From IMG/VR virus record IMGVR_UViG_3300032093_000024: DNA of 64,000 bases, one strand, 5' to 3'. This DNA comes from an uncultured virus (IMG/VR IMGVR_UViG_3300032093_000024). Taxonomy: Duplodnaviria; Heunggongvirae; Uroviricota; Caudoviricetes. Both the position numbers and the translations under genes were made by a program. Positions 38,601 to 47,241 of this stretch are shown one piece after another (within the stretch, counting starts at the first letter, position 1; the number at the start of each line of letters is the position of its first letter). Under the pieces are notes generated by a model. That model was not told the DNA's origin and did no database searches. It saw only the letters and a list, made by a program, of their open reading frames with translations.

Positions 38601-41600
38601 GAGCCTCCGGTACCAGTTGTACCTGATGTGCCTGCAGTACCTCCTGAACCAGAAGTACCTCCACTACCTGATGTTGCAGATGTACCAGAACTACCCGAAC
38701 TTCCTGAGGTGCCAGATGTACCAGAACTTCCTGATGTGCCACTTGTACCAGAAGAACCAGATGTGCCTCCACTACCTGATGTTCCCGATGTACCATCTGA
38801 ACCAGTTGTACCAGAACTTCCAGATGTACCAGAACTTCCTGAGGTGCCACTTGTGCCAGAAGAACCCGATGTGCCACTTGTGCCAGATGTGCCGGATGTG
38901 CCCGAACTTCCAGAACTACCAGATGTGCCGGAGCTTCCACTTGTACCTGCAGTGCCACTACTTCCAGATGTACCAGAACTACCAGATGAACCTGTTGTAC
39001 CAGAGCTTCCGCTTGTACCAGAGCTGCCGCTAGAACCTGATGAGCCGGAAGTACCAGATGAGCCGGAACTTCCTGAACTTCCGCTAGAGCCAGAGCTTCC
39101 GGAAGTTCCAGCAGTACCAGATGAACCAGAACTACCAGAAGAACCTGATGAACCATCGGTACCAGATGTGCCACTAGAACCCGAACTACCTGCAGAGCCA
39201 GTTGAGCCAGAAGTACCAGAAGTTCCCGATGAACCAGATGAACCATCAAAACCAGAAGTACCACCTGTACCAGAAGAACCTACCGCTGCTGCTACGTTTC
39301 TATATGCTAATCTTTTTGTTATTGGGTCCCAAATTACCACCTCATTTGAAGAACCAGATGGTAAACTTTGTAATGCTACACTACTACTAAAAAATACACT
39401 TCCACTTACACCTAAACTTCCACTAATTGTAAGTGATGCATTTATTGTTTGGTTTGTATTGATGTTTAAGAATGATGATGTATCGGATGATGGGGTATTT
39501 AATGCAAACATTGCATAAGATGCAGTTCTTGCAAAAGTTATACTATCCATTCCCAATGGACCATCAACATCAGATGAAAGTACATAGGATGCTGTCAATG
39601 ATGTTTGTGCTAATCCACCATTTATAGTTACTAATACACCATCCGAGCCAGATGCAATTACATCAACACCCGAACCACTAAAGTTAATTTTAGCAACTTG
39701 AGATTTTGTTAATGAACCGGTATGGAAAATAAATAAATCAGTTCCTCCACCTTGTCCAGCATTTAATGCGTAAGATGCGGTTAATGCGTAAGATGAACTT
39801 ACTGCACTAAATACCGCCATTGAAGATGTTTGGTTATTTCTTACATATTCATTTGCATTTGCTAATGATGCAGATAAAGCCGAAAGTGATGCTGAATCAA
39901 ATCCAGTTACCGCATCAGCAAATCCTGCTTTAACAGCGTATGATGCAGAAAGTACAGTACCAAACACTCTATCACCAGGTATCGTACCATTAATCAATGA
40001 ACCACCACTACCAATTACAACGTGTCCAGAGGTTAATCCAGCAAATATTAATTGAATAGTATCATCATCAATTGATTTTACAGTACCAGGTATAATTTGG
40101 TCTTCCGAACCTGTTGCGTAAACTTGTACAACTGGATATCTAATACCCAAATTATGTACAATTGTTAAAGTACTTACATTATTAAAAGATACAGTTTCAG
40201 TTAATGAAGTTTCAGGTTGTGGTACAAAATATCCTCTCGCTTCGTCAAATCTTAAAATATCATATTCAGCAGATGCAGTTGGTCCTACTCCTTGGAAATT
40301 GTATGTACCCAAGAATGAACCACTAACTAATGGAGAAAATAAATAATGACTTGCCGTAATTTCATTTGCTCTCAATCTACCATCAACATAAGAATCACCC
40401 CAAACAAATGAAGATGTATTAACTACAAATCCTTTATCAGGTGAAATTGATGCCGTTGCTGAACCACTCTTTAATATAAATGTTTCAAACGATAAGTTAG
40501 CAATATTGATATTTGTCAATCCACTACCATCACCAAAGAAAACAGAACCAGAGTTTGCTACAATGTTTCCACCTGTAACGAACAATGCACCGGTTACACT
40601 TAAGTTACCAGATACGAATGTTCTAGTTCCAATTTGCAATCCTTTATTTGGTGATATTACTGCTTCAACTGAACCAGACTGAATTCTATCAATCTTTAAA
40701 TCATCTAATGCTTCCGGTGGGATATTAAATAATCCACTACCATCTCCGTCATATCTTGCAGCAGTAATTGGTACGTTTACATTTAATATATTTGGGTCAA
40801 TAATAGCAACGCCTGAGCCAGAGTTAATTTTAAATAACTCCAAGTTTTCAATCGCATCAGGTGGGATATTAAATAATCCGCCACCATCACCAAAATATAT
40901 TGATGCTGTAATTGCACCACTAACCGCCAATGAGGCTGTAATTTCTGCTTTAAATGAGCCAGATTGAGGTGAAGTTATGACTTGAAATCTATCACCACTT
41001 GCTACCGATGCGGTTGCACTACCACTAGCAATCAAAGGAGATGCTGCCGCAACTACGTTTGTTAATTGAGAACCATCTCCAACAAATGCAAACGCTGTAA
41101 TACTACCACTAACATCTACAGAACCAGTAATTCTAGTTCCAATTTGTGAACCAGTTGCTCCGGTTGTTACAATAAATGTATCTCCACTTTGAACTGATGC
41201 TGTTGCCGAACCACTACCAATGAATGGTGCAGCTGCCGCTTGTACATTAGTAATATAAGAACCATCACCAACAAGATATTGTGCTTTAACACTTCCACTT
41301 ACATCAATAGAACCAGTGAATCTAGAACCATATTGTACATCCAAACCACTACCAGTTGCTGCAGTTGTAATAATAAATGTATCACCACTTTGAACGGATG
41401 CAGTTGCACTACCACTAGCAATTAATGGTGCTGCTGCCGCTTGTACATTTGTAATATATCTACCGTCACCAAATAAGAATTCAGTTGCTCTTATACTTCC
41501 ACTAACTTCAATAGAACCAGTGAATTGAGAACCAACTTGCGATTGTGTGAATGGAGTTATTACTCTAAATCCTTCATCAGGAGTAACCGATGCAGTTACT

Positions 41601-44600
41601 GAACCTGATTTGATTTCAGTACTAATAAGTGCATCTTCTGTTAATGCTGATTTTGGAATACGTCTTAAATAAGTACCTTCAGCGTATATGAATGAACTAG
41701 AATCAATAAATAATCCGCCACTTATATCTGATATAAATAAACTACCACTTACTGAAACAGAACCTGTAAATTGAGATGCAATAGATGCCGTAAACGAACC
41801 ATCTTCACCAAATGATGATGTAAATGGAGTTAGTACAACGAATCCAAAATCAGGAGATACCGATGCTGTTACGGATCCAGATTTAATTTCAGCAGATATT
41901 AATGCATCTTCAGTAAGTGCTGAACGAGGTATGTTTCTTAAATATGCACCCTCTCCAAAGAAATTAGAAGATGATTCAAGCAATAATGCTCCAGAAGTTG
42001 CATTTATTATCATACTACCAGTAATCAATAAGCTACCGGTAAATTGTGAACCACTATCTACGGATTCTACTTTAAATCCATAATCAGGTGCTACTGAAGC
42101 GGTTACGCTTCCACTCGCTATACGGAATACTTCTTCTGATAATGCTGAACGAGGTATATCAAATAATCCTCTACCACTACCACTATACATTGAAGCGGTT
42201 AATGTACCTTCTATTTTAGTTGCACCAATAAATTTAATTTCCGCAGGTATTACAATTGAATCTACAATATTCATTGTACCTGCCATAGATGAATGCAATT
42301 GACAGTTATAATACAAAACATTTGGAGAACCAGATGGTGGAGTAAATGTTATTGTTCCATTATCAGTACCATTGTTAGATACTCCACTATTATATTGATT
42401 TGCAGTACCTGTTGTTTGTGTTGTCTTAATTAAGAATGGGTGTCCACTTGCATTTATGTTAAAAGTATGAGTGACACCTCTTACTAAAGTAAGTGTTGGA
42501 TTTGAACCTTGTATTGAACCACTAAACACATACTCACCACTTCCATTATTAGTTACATTATAAACAGGAAATAAAGATGAAGTTAGTACTTCTCTTGCCG
42601 ATGATGAAACTATAAAACTACCACTAATTGTGGAATATGTATTAACCTCAAATCCTCTATCAGGTGCTATTGATGCTGTTACACTTCCACTAAATATTTT
42701 TGTAGAATCAATTGCTAAATTGGCTAATGTAATATTTGTTAATTTAGAACCATCCCCAACAAAGAAAGAACCACTTTCTACATAAAGACTTCCACTTACT
42801 CTTACACTACCAGTAAAGAATGAACCACTTGCGGCAGATTTAACTACAAATCCAAAATTAGGTGAAACTGATGCCGTTACTGAACCAGATTTGATTTCAG
42901 TTGATATCAATGCATCTTCACTTAATGCATTTCTTGGAATATTTCTTAAATAAGTACCTTCACCAAAATATGCAGATGATGAATCTAAAATTAATGAGCC
43001 CGATGTTGTTGTTACTCTTAAACTTCCAGTTATAGCAACACTACCCGTTATTCTAGAACCCAAATCTGACGATTCAACGATAAATCCTCTATCAGGTAAT
43101 GCAGAGGCAGTAACACTACCACTTGCAATTCTAAATAATTCTTGCGAAAGTGCTGAAAACGGAATATCTGTCAATCCAGCACCACTACCACTAAATACCG
43201 ATGCGGAAACTCCCATTCTAAATCTTGCACTGCCACTTACACTTAAACTACCACTAAATGCAGAACCACTTGCTACTGAATTTACTACAAATCCAAAATT
43301 AGGTGCTACTGAAGCGGTAACGCTACCACTAAAGATTTTAGAAGTATCTAAATCAGATATTGCGGAACGAGGTATATCAAATAAATTTCTACCGCTACCA
43401 GAATATGATGAACCGGATGATAAGAATACACCACCTCCACTTATGAATAAACTTCCACTAAATCTTGAACCACTTGTTATTGATTCTACTCTAAATCCAA
43501 AATTAGGTGCTACCGATGCGGTTACACTACCACTAGCAATTAACGAAATATCAAAAGATAAAGCAGAACGTGGAATATCGTAAAGAAATCTACCACTACC
43601 ACTAAATGAAGAACCCGTCTCCAAAAATACACCACCACCAGTAATAAACAACGAACCAGTGAATCTAGAACCAAATTCAGCAGATTCAACTTTAAAACCA
43701 ACACTATCAGGATTTACTGATGCGGTTACACTACCACTTGAAATTCTGTTTGATACTTCCGATGGAACATTTCTCAATCCACTACCATCTCCTACAAAAG
43801 AACCAGATACTAAAGAAGCACTGACTATAAAAGCTCTCAAACTACCACTTATATCAACAGAACCTGTAAATTGAGAACCATACGCTGAGCCCGTTCTATC
43901 GGTTTCAACTTTGAATCCAAAATCAGGTGTTGTTGATGCGGTAATTGAACCTGATGCTATTCTAAATGCATCACCGGTAAATGCAGAACGTGGAATATTA
44001 AATAATCCACTACCATCTCCTTGAAAGAATGAACCACTAAAAGAGCCTGTAAATTCCCTTGCTCTTACATAATCTCTTACATACAATCCACCACTTATAG
44101 CAGTATTGCCTTCAAATAAAATTCTATCTTGAAGATATAAGTTATCAACTATACTCATTGATGCACCCATCGCAGAGTGGAATTGACACTGATAAAATAA
44201 AGTATCAGGTGAACCCGAAGGAGGTGTGAAATATACTGAACCACTATCTTCACCGTTATTTACAACTCCAGTATTATATTGTGCTGCTGTACCAGTTGTG
44301 GCAGTTGTTTTTATAAAGAAAGGATGCCCGTTTGCATTTACTTCAAAGCGGTAAGTTACCCCTCTTACTAAAGTCAATGCTGGGTTTTGTCCACTTGCTG
44401 CACCATCAAATACATATGCAGATGAACCAGCTGAAGTTACATAAAAATAATTTGGTATTGATGAGGTTGCTAGCGGTTCTGCTGAAGATGATACTACAAA
44501 ACTACCACTAATTGTTGAACGAGTATTTACAGTAAATCCGTAATCTGGTGTAATTGATGCGGTATATGAACCACTAAATATTTTTGATGTATCTAAATCA

Positions 44601-46222
44601 GATATTGCCGTTTTTGGAATATCAAAAAGGAATCTACCGCTACCAGAATAAGAACCAGAATATAATTCTACTCTACTACCACTTATTTTTAAACTACCGG
44701 TAAATTGAGAACCACTTGCTTCTGATATTACCTGAAATCCTTTATCCAAAGAAACTGATGCGGTCACCGAACCAGTCTGAATTCTTGTTGCTGCTACAAC
44801 TTCTTCTGCTAAAGCGGATAATGGAATATTAAATAATCCCTCACCACTACCAGAATAAAAAGAACCATCTGCTAATTGAACAATACCACCGGTTACAAAT
44901 AAAGAACCAGTAAATTTTGAACCACTAAAAGGTGATGTTACTACAAACCCCCTATCAGGAGAAACTGATGCAGTTACGCTACCACTTTTAATTTCTACTG
45001 ATATTAATGCATCTTCGGTAAGTGCATTTCTTGGAATATTTCTTAAATAAGTACCTTCACCAAAATATGCAGATGATGAACCCAAAATAAGTGCACCGCT
45101 TGTAGCAGTAATAATCATACTTCCGGTAATAAACACACTACCTGTAATACGAGAACCACTATCTACTGAAATTACTTGAAATCCAAAATTTGGTGCTACT
45201 GAAGCAGTTACTGAACCGGATTTGATTTCGGTACTAATTAAAGCATCTTCAGTAAGTGCCGAACGAGGTATTTCTCTCAAATATTTACCTTCACCATAAT
45301 ATACTGAACCTGACCTTAATTGTATAGAGCCACTAAATGGATTTATAAATAAACTACCAGATATATCAACACTACCAGTAAATTCTGAACCACTCTCTAT
45401 TGATTCTACTCTAAATCCAAATTCAGGTGTTACAGATGCGGTTATAGAACCTGTTGCCAATTTAGTAGCTTCAGGCAGATTTATTAAATTTCTACCATCA
45501 CCAAAAAATGAACCAGTAAATGAACCGCTAAAAGAACCTGTCAATTCCGCAGAACCTGTGAAAGTACCAAAAGCGCTTGCACTTCCTATAAATGAACCCG
45601 TAAGATTACCTGATATAGTTGAACCAGAAATCACATATGCATTTAATCTATCTCTTACTTCTACCGAACCTGTAAATTGTTGTATATCAGTTTCCTCATC
45701 ACCAAATACATTTGAACCTGATGAGTAAATTATTGAAGAAGAAATATAAGATACTAAAATCTGCTCAGCGTATATTGTATCATCTACATATAAATCACCT
45801 TGTATCCTAGTATTTGTATTGACTAATAAATCATTATTAATAAAAGAGGCAGTTGCCGAACCACTTGCTATAAAAGTTGCATCAGGTAGATTTCTTAATC
45901 CACTACCATCACCACTAAACGAACCGGAAAAAGAGCCGGAAAAAGAACCCGTAAAACTACCACTTAATGATGTAGCACTACCAGTAAAAGAACCTGTAAA
46001 TTGTCCAGTTACTCTATCTAAATCTAAACTCCTTACAAATCCTCTATTACCCTGGTCATCCGAAACTACTATCGCAGGGGAGCCAGAAAGTGAAGCAGAA
46101 AAGTTTGGAACACCTAAATTTGGTTCAACTTGAGATAAATCTATAAATTGATACCTATCCGGTGTTACATTTTTGGGTGAAACTACCCTTACCCTACCCG
46201 TTAAAAGATTACTTATTGCCAT
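35681..46222 (-). CDS. Giant fibre-like virion protein (3513 aa) with ~65-aa repeats, two cupredoxin-like domains and a ~1000-aa Gly-X-X tract
   Basis: Repeats GxGxxLxxIPxSAL..IxSGSVTASVxPxxGF..FTGS; HPF..CQxHSxM twice; long GSS/GTS tract; C-terminal WPASVDWPGGTAP..TDVLTF domain. Confidence 0.85.
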   Translation of the reverse strand: MAISNLLTGRVRVVSPKNVTPDRYQFIDLSQVEPNLGVPNFSASLSGSPAIVVSDDQGNRGFVRSLDLDRVTGQFTGSFTGSATSLSGSFTGSFSGSFSGSFSGDGSGLRNLPDATFIASGSATASFINNDLLVNTNTRIQGDLYVDDTIYAEQILVSYISSSIIYSSGSNVFGDEETDIQQFTGSVEVRDRLNAYVISGSTISGNLTGSFIGSASAFGTFTGSAELTGSFSGSFTGSFFGDGRNLINLPEATKLATGSITASVTPEFGFRVESIESGSEFTGSVDISGSLFINPFSGSIQLRSGSVYYGEGKYLREIPRSALTEDALISTEIKSGSVTASVAPNFGFQVISVDSGSRITGSVFITGSMIITATSGALILGSSSAYFGEGTYLRNIPRNALTEDALISVEIKSGSVTASVSPDRGFVVTSPFSGSKFTGSLFVTGGIVQLADGSFYSGSGEGLFNIPLSALAEEVVAATRIQTGSVTASVSLDKGFQVISEASGSQFTGSLKISGSRVELYSGSYSGSGRFLFDIPKTAISDLDTSKIFSGSYTASITPDYGFTVNTRSTISGSFVVSSSAEPLATSSIPNYFYVTSAGSSAYVFDGAASGQNPALTLVRGVTYRFEVNANGHPFFIKTTATTGTAAQYNTGVVNNGEDSGSVYFTPPSGSPDTLFYQCQFHSAMGASMSIVDNLYLQDRILFEGNTAISGGLYVRDYVRAREFTGSFSGSFFQGDGSGLFNIPRSAFTGDAFRIASGSITASTTPDFGFKVETDRTGSAYGSQFTGSVDISGSLRAFIVSASLVSGSFVGDGSGLRNVPSEVSNRISSGSVTASVNPDSVGFKVESAEFGSRFTGSLFITGGGVFLETGSSFSGSGRFLYDIPRSALSFDISLIASGSVTASVAPNFGFRVESITSGSRFSGSLFISGGGVFLSSGSSYSGSGRNLFDIPRSAISDLDTSKIFSGSVTASVAPNFGFVVNSVASGSAFSGSLSVSGSARFRMGVSASVFSGSGAGLTDIPFSALSQELFRIASGSVTASALPDRGFIVESSDLGSRITGSVAITGSLRVTTTSGSLILDSSSAYFGEGTYLRNIPRNALSEDALISTEIKSGSVTASVSPNFGFVVKSAASGSFFTGSVRVSGSLYVESGSFFVGDGSKLTNITLANLAIDSTKIFSGSVTASIAPDRGFEVNTYSTISGSFIVSSSAREVLTSSLFPVYNVTNNGSGEYVFSGSIQGSNPTLTLVRGVTHTFNINASGHPFLIKTTQTTGTANQYNSGVSNNGTDNGTITFTPPSGSPNVLYYNCQLHSSMAGTMNIVDSIVIPAEIKFIGATKIEGTLTASMYSGSGRGLFDIPRSALSEEVFRIASGSVTASVAPDYGFKVESVDSGSQFTGSLLITGSMIINATSGALLLESSSNFFGEGAYLRNIPRSALTEDALISAEIKSGSVTASVSPDFGFVVLTPFTSSFGEDGSFTASIASQFTGSVSVSGSLFISDISGGLFIDSSSFIYAEGTYLRRIPKSALTEDALISTEIKSGSVTASVTPDEGFRVITPFTQSQVGSQFTGSIEVSGSIRATEFLFGDGRYITNVQAAAAPLIASGSATASVQSGDTFIITTAATGSGLDVQYGSRFTGSIDVSGSVKAQYLVGDGSYITNVQAAAAPFIGSGSATASVQSGDTFIVTTGATGSQIGTRITGSVDVSGSITAFAFVGDGSQLTNVVAAASPLIASGSATASVASGDRFQVITSPQSGSFKAEITASLAVSGAITASIYFGDGGGLFNIPPDAIENLELFKINSGSGVAIIDPNILNVNVPITAARYDGDGSGLFNIPPEALDDLKIDRIQSGSVEAVISPNKGLQIGTRTFVSGNLSVTGALFVTGGNIVANSGSVFFGDGSGLTNINIANLSFETFILKSGSATASISPDKGFVVNTSSFVWGDSYVDGRLRANEITASHYLFSPLVSGSFLGTYNFQGVGPTASAEYDILRFDEARGYFVPQPETSLTETVSFNNVSTLTIVHNLGIRYPVVQVYATGSEDQIIPGTVKSIDDDTIQLIFAGLTSGHVVIGSGGSLINGTIPGDRVFGTVLSASYAVKAGFADAVTGFDSASLSALSASLANANEYVRNNQTSSMAVFSAVSSSYALTASYALNAGQGGGTDLFIFHTGSLTKSQVAKINFSGSGVDVIASGSDGVLVTINGGLAQTSLTASYVLSSDVDGPLGMDSITFARTASYAMFALNTPSSDTSSFLNINTNQTINASLTISGSLGVSGSVFFSSSVALQSLPSGSSNEVVIWDPITKRLAYRNVAAAVGSSGTGGTSGFDGSSGSSGTSGTSGSTGSAGSSGSSGTSGTDGSSGSSGSSGSSGTAGTSGSSGSSGSSGSSGSSGTSGSSGSSGSSGTSGSSGTTGSSGSSGTSGSSGTAGTSGSSGTSGSSGSSGTSGTSGTSGTSGSSGTSGTSGSSGTSGSSGTTGSDGTSGTSGSGGTSGSSGTSGTSGSSGTSGTSGSSGSSGTSATSGSGGTSGSGGTAGTSGTTGTGGSSGTSGSSGTSGSSGSSATAGTGGTSGTSGTSGSSGSGGSSGTSGSDGTSGTSGTSGSSGEAGTSGTSGSGGTSGTSGTSGTSGSSGSSGTTGSAGTSGSSGTSGVDGTSGTSGSSGSSGSSGSSGTTGSSGSSGSSGSSGTSGSSGTSGSSGTTGSSGTTGSSGTSGSSGTAGSSGVDGTSGTSGTSGTSGSSGSSGSSGSSGTSGSDGSSGTDGSSGSAGSSGSSGSSGSSGTSGSSGSSGSSGTAGSSGTDGSSGSGGSSGTAGSSGTTGSSGTTGSDGTSGIDGTSGSSGSSGSSGSSSTSGSSGTTGSSGTTGSEGTSGTSGSDGSSGTDGSSGSAGSSGSAGSSGSSGTTGSSGTTGSDGTSGIDGSSGTSGSSGTDGSSGSGGTSGTSGSSGSSGSSGLNGTFFGSSGTSGSSGSSGSSGSGGSSGSSGSDGTTGSAGTSGLDGTYFGSSGTSGTNGTTGTAGSSGLDGTSGSSGLSGTDGTSGSGGTSGLDGTYFGSSGTTGTSGTGGTSGVDGTSGISGSSGSSGSSGLNGTFFGSSGSSGSSGSSGESGTSGSGGTTGSAGSSGSSGSSGLNGTFFGSSGTAGSSGSTGTAGSSGLDGTGGTSGTSGSSGSSGLNGTFFGSSGTSGSSGSTGTAGSSGVSGTDGTSGSSGSSGLNGTFFGSSGTAGSSGSNGTSGVNGTNGSAGSSGSTGTDGTSGTSGSSGLNGTFFGSSGTSGTSGAQGSQGDAGTSGTSGTTPPGFTSGTSGTDGFSGTSGSSGTSTPGISSGTSGSAGVSGTSGTSALGVTSGTNGSSGVNGTNGTSGFASFSGTLDNGVLTLEGTPPNVRVEDNMTFNGSTLAITGNVTVTTSIAASTFISATTFRETYADQGTGGSVTIDLSTGNNFRRQFNGAATIAFSNPPASNAFGFTLTTVNAGAFAITWPASVDWPGGTAPVLTSAGTDVLTFFTFNGGTTYYGFVVGKNIS
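36168..39282 (-). repeat. Coding Gly-X-X (GSS/GTS/GTT/GxD) tract, ~1040 aa, with 8 GL[ND]GT[FY]FG interruptions
   Basis: 9-nt periodic degenerate repeat; last ~90 codons more irregular. Confidence 0.9.
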
Positions 46223-46291
46223 TCGTACTTACCAGCTTTGTTATAAATATCTAAAAAATCACCTATAAATATTAATAGATAATTTATATCG

Positions 46292-47224
46292 TTATTCATT
46301 TGCAGATTCAAGAAGTGAAAGAATTACTGATAAATCTGGCGAGCCAGAAACAATAAAGCCATATCCTTCCTCTAATACTAATTTACCTGCTACAACAGGT
46401 GAAAGTGAATCCGCTGCCGGAATTGTTACGTTTGTAACCAACTGAATAGGATTTTGTGCTATTAAAGTTGGATTTTCAATTGTGTTTATTACAGTATTTA
46501 CTAATCCATTTATAACATAAGCAGAACTACTAAATTGTAAAGTTGTAGGACTAAAAGAATTAAAAGATTGAGTTACTGTGTTTTGATACAATCTACTAAC
46601 AAATTGAGATGCTGTTACTGATTGATTTTTTATTACTTGTTGACTTAAATAATTAAAATATTCTAAAGCGTCTAACGATGATGAATATTCCTCAGGAAAA
46701 TTTGTTTTTATAATATTAATACCGTTTTTTGTAAAATATGATTTTGCAGCTTTATCAGTTCTAATTTTTAGATTATTATCTAAATCATAAGAAATTGCGT
46801 CTGCTAAATCTAAAGCGTAATTTTCAAATCTTGAAGAAGTAAATACAAAAGGAGTTTCAGAAAGATTATTTTGAAATGATGAATATGCAGCCACTTCTTT
46901 TCTTAAAAATTGTCTATTAAGAGCCAGAAGTGCCGATGCACTATCAAAACTTCCACTAAAATTATCTAATGTTACAAACCCACCAACAGATGCGCTTATA
47001 AAAGAACTACCACTATAAACACCTTCAAAAGATGGTAATGGAATTTCTCTATTAGATGTTACTAATATAGTTACAGGCTGTGTAACAAAACTATTGTTTG
47101 TAATTTGTGCAGAAAGAACAATTGATGAAACACCTACCGGCGTAACATAAACTTCATCCTGCTCACCAGTCAGAGATGTTACTACTGACTGAAATCGGTT
47201 TAACGGTACAAATACATTTGCCAT
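46292..47224 (-). CDS. Virion protein: small beta domain with one inserted helical module
   Basis: 310 aa; termini resemble 33650..33982; insert resembles the repeat of the 4363-aa protein. Confidence 0.75.
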   Translation of the reverse strand: MANVFVPLNRFQSVVTSLTGEQDEVYVTPVGVSSIVLSAQITNNSFVTQPVTILVTSNREIPLPSFEGVYSGSSFISASVGGFVTLDNFSGSFDSASALLALNRQFLRKEVAAYSSFQNNLSETPFVFTSSRFENYALDLADAISYDLDNNLKIRTDKAAKSYFTKNGINIIKTNFPEEYSSSLDALEYFNYLSQQVIKNQSVTASQFVSRLYQNTVTQSFNSFSPTTLQFSSSAYVINGLVNTVINTIENPTLIAQNPIQLVTNVTIPAADSLSPVVAGKLVLEEGYGFIVSGSPDLSVILSLLESANE

Positions 47225-47241
47225 TTCTTTTTATTTTCCTT

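Noticed and set aside
36168..39282. Ice-nucleation protein
   Set aside because: Lacks the 8/16-residue AGYGSTxT periodicity; period here is 3 residues.
36009..39518. Long plus-strand Pro/Glu/Val/Asp-rich ORFs (363 and 793 aa) and other overlapping frames
   Set aside because: Antisense and off-frame shadows of the Gly-Ser-Thr codon repeat, which lacks stops in those frames; no start context and opposite to all real genes.
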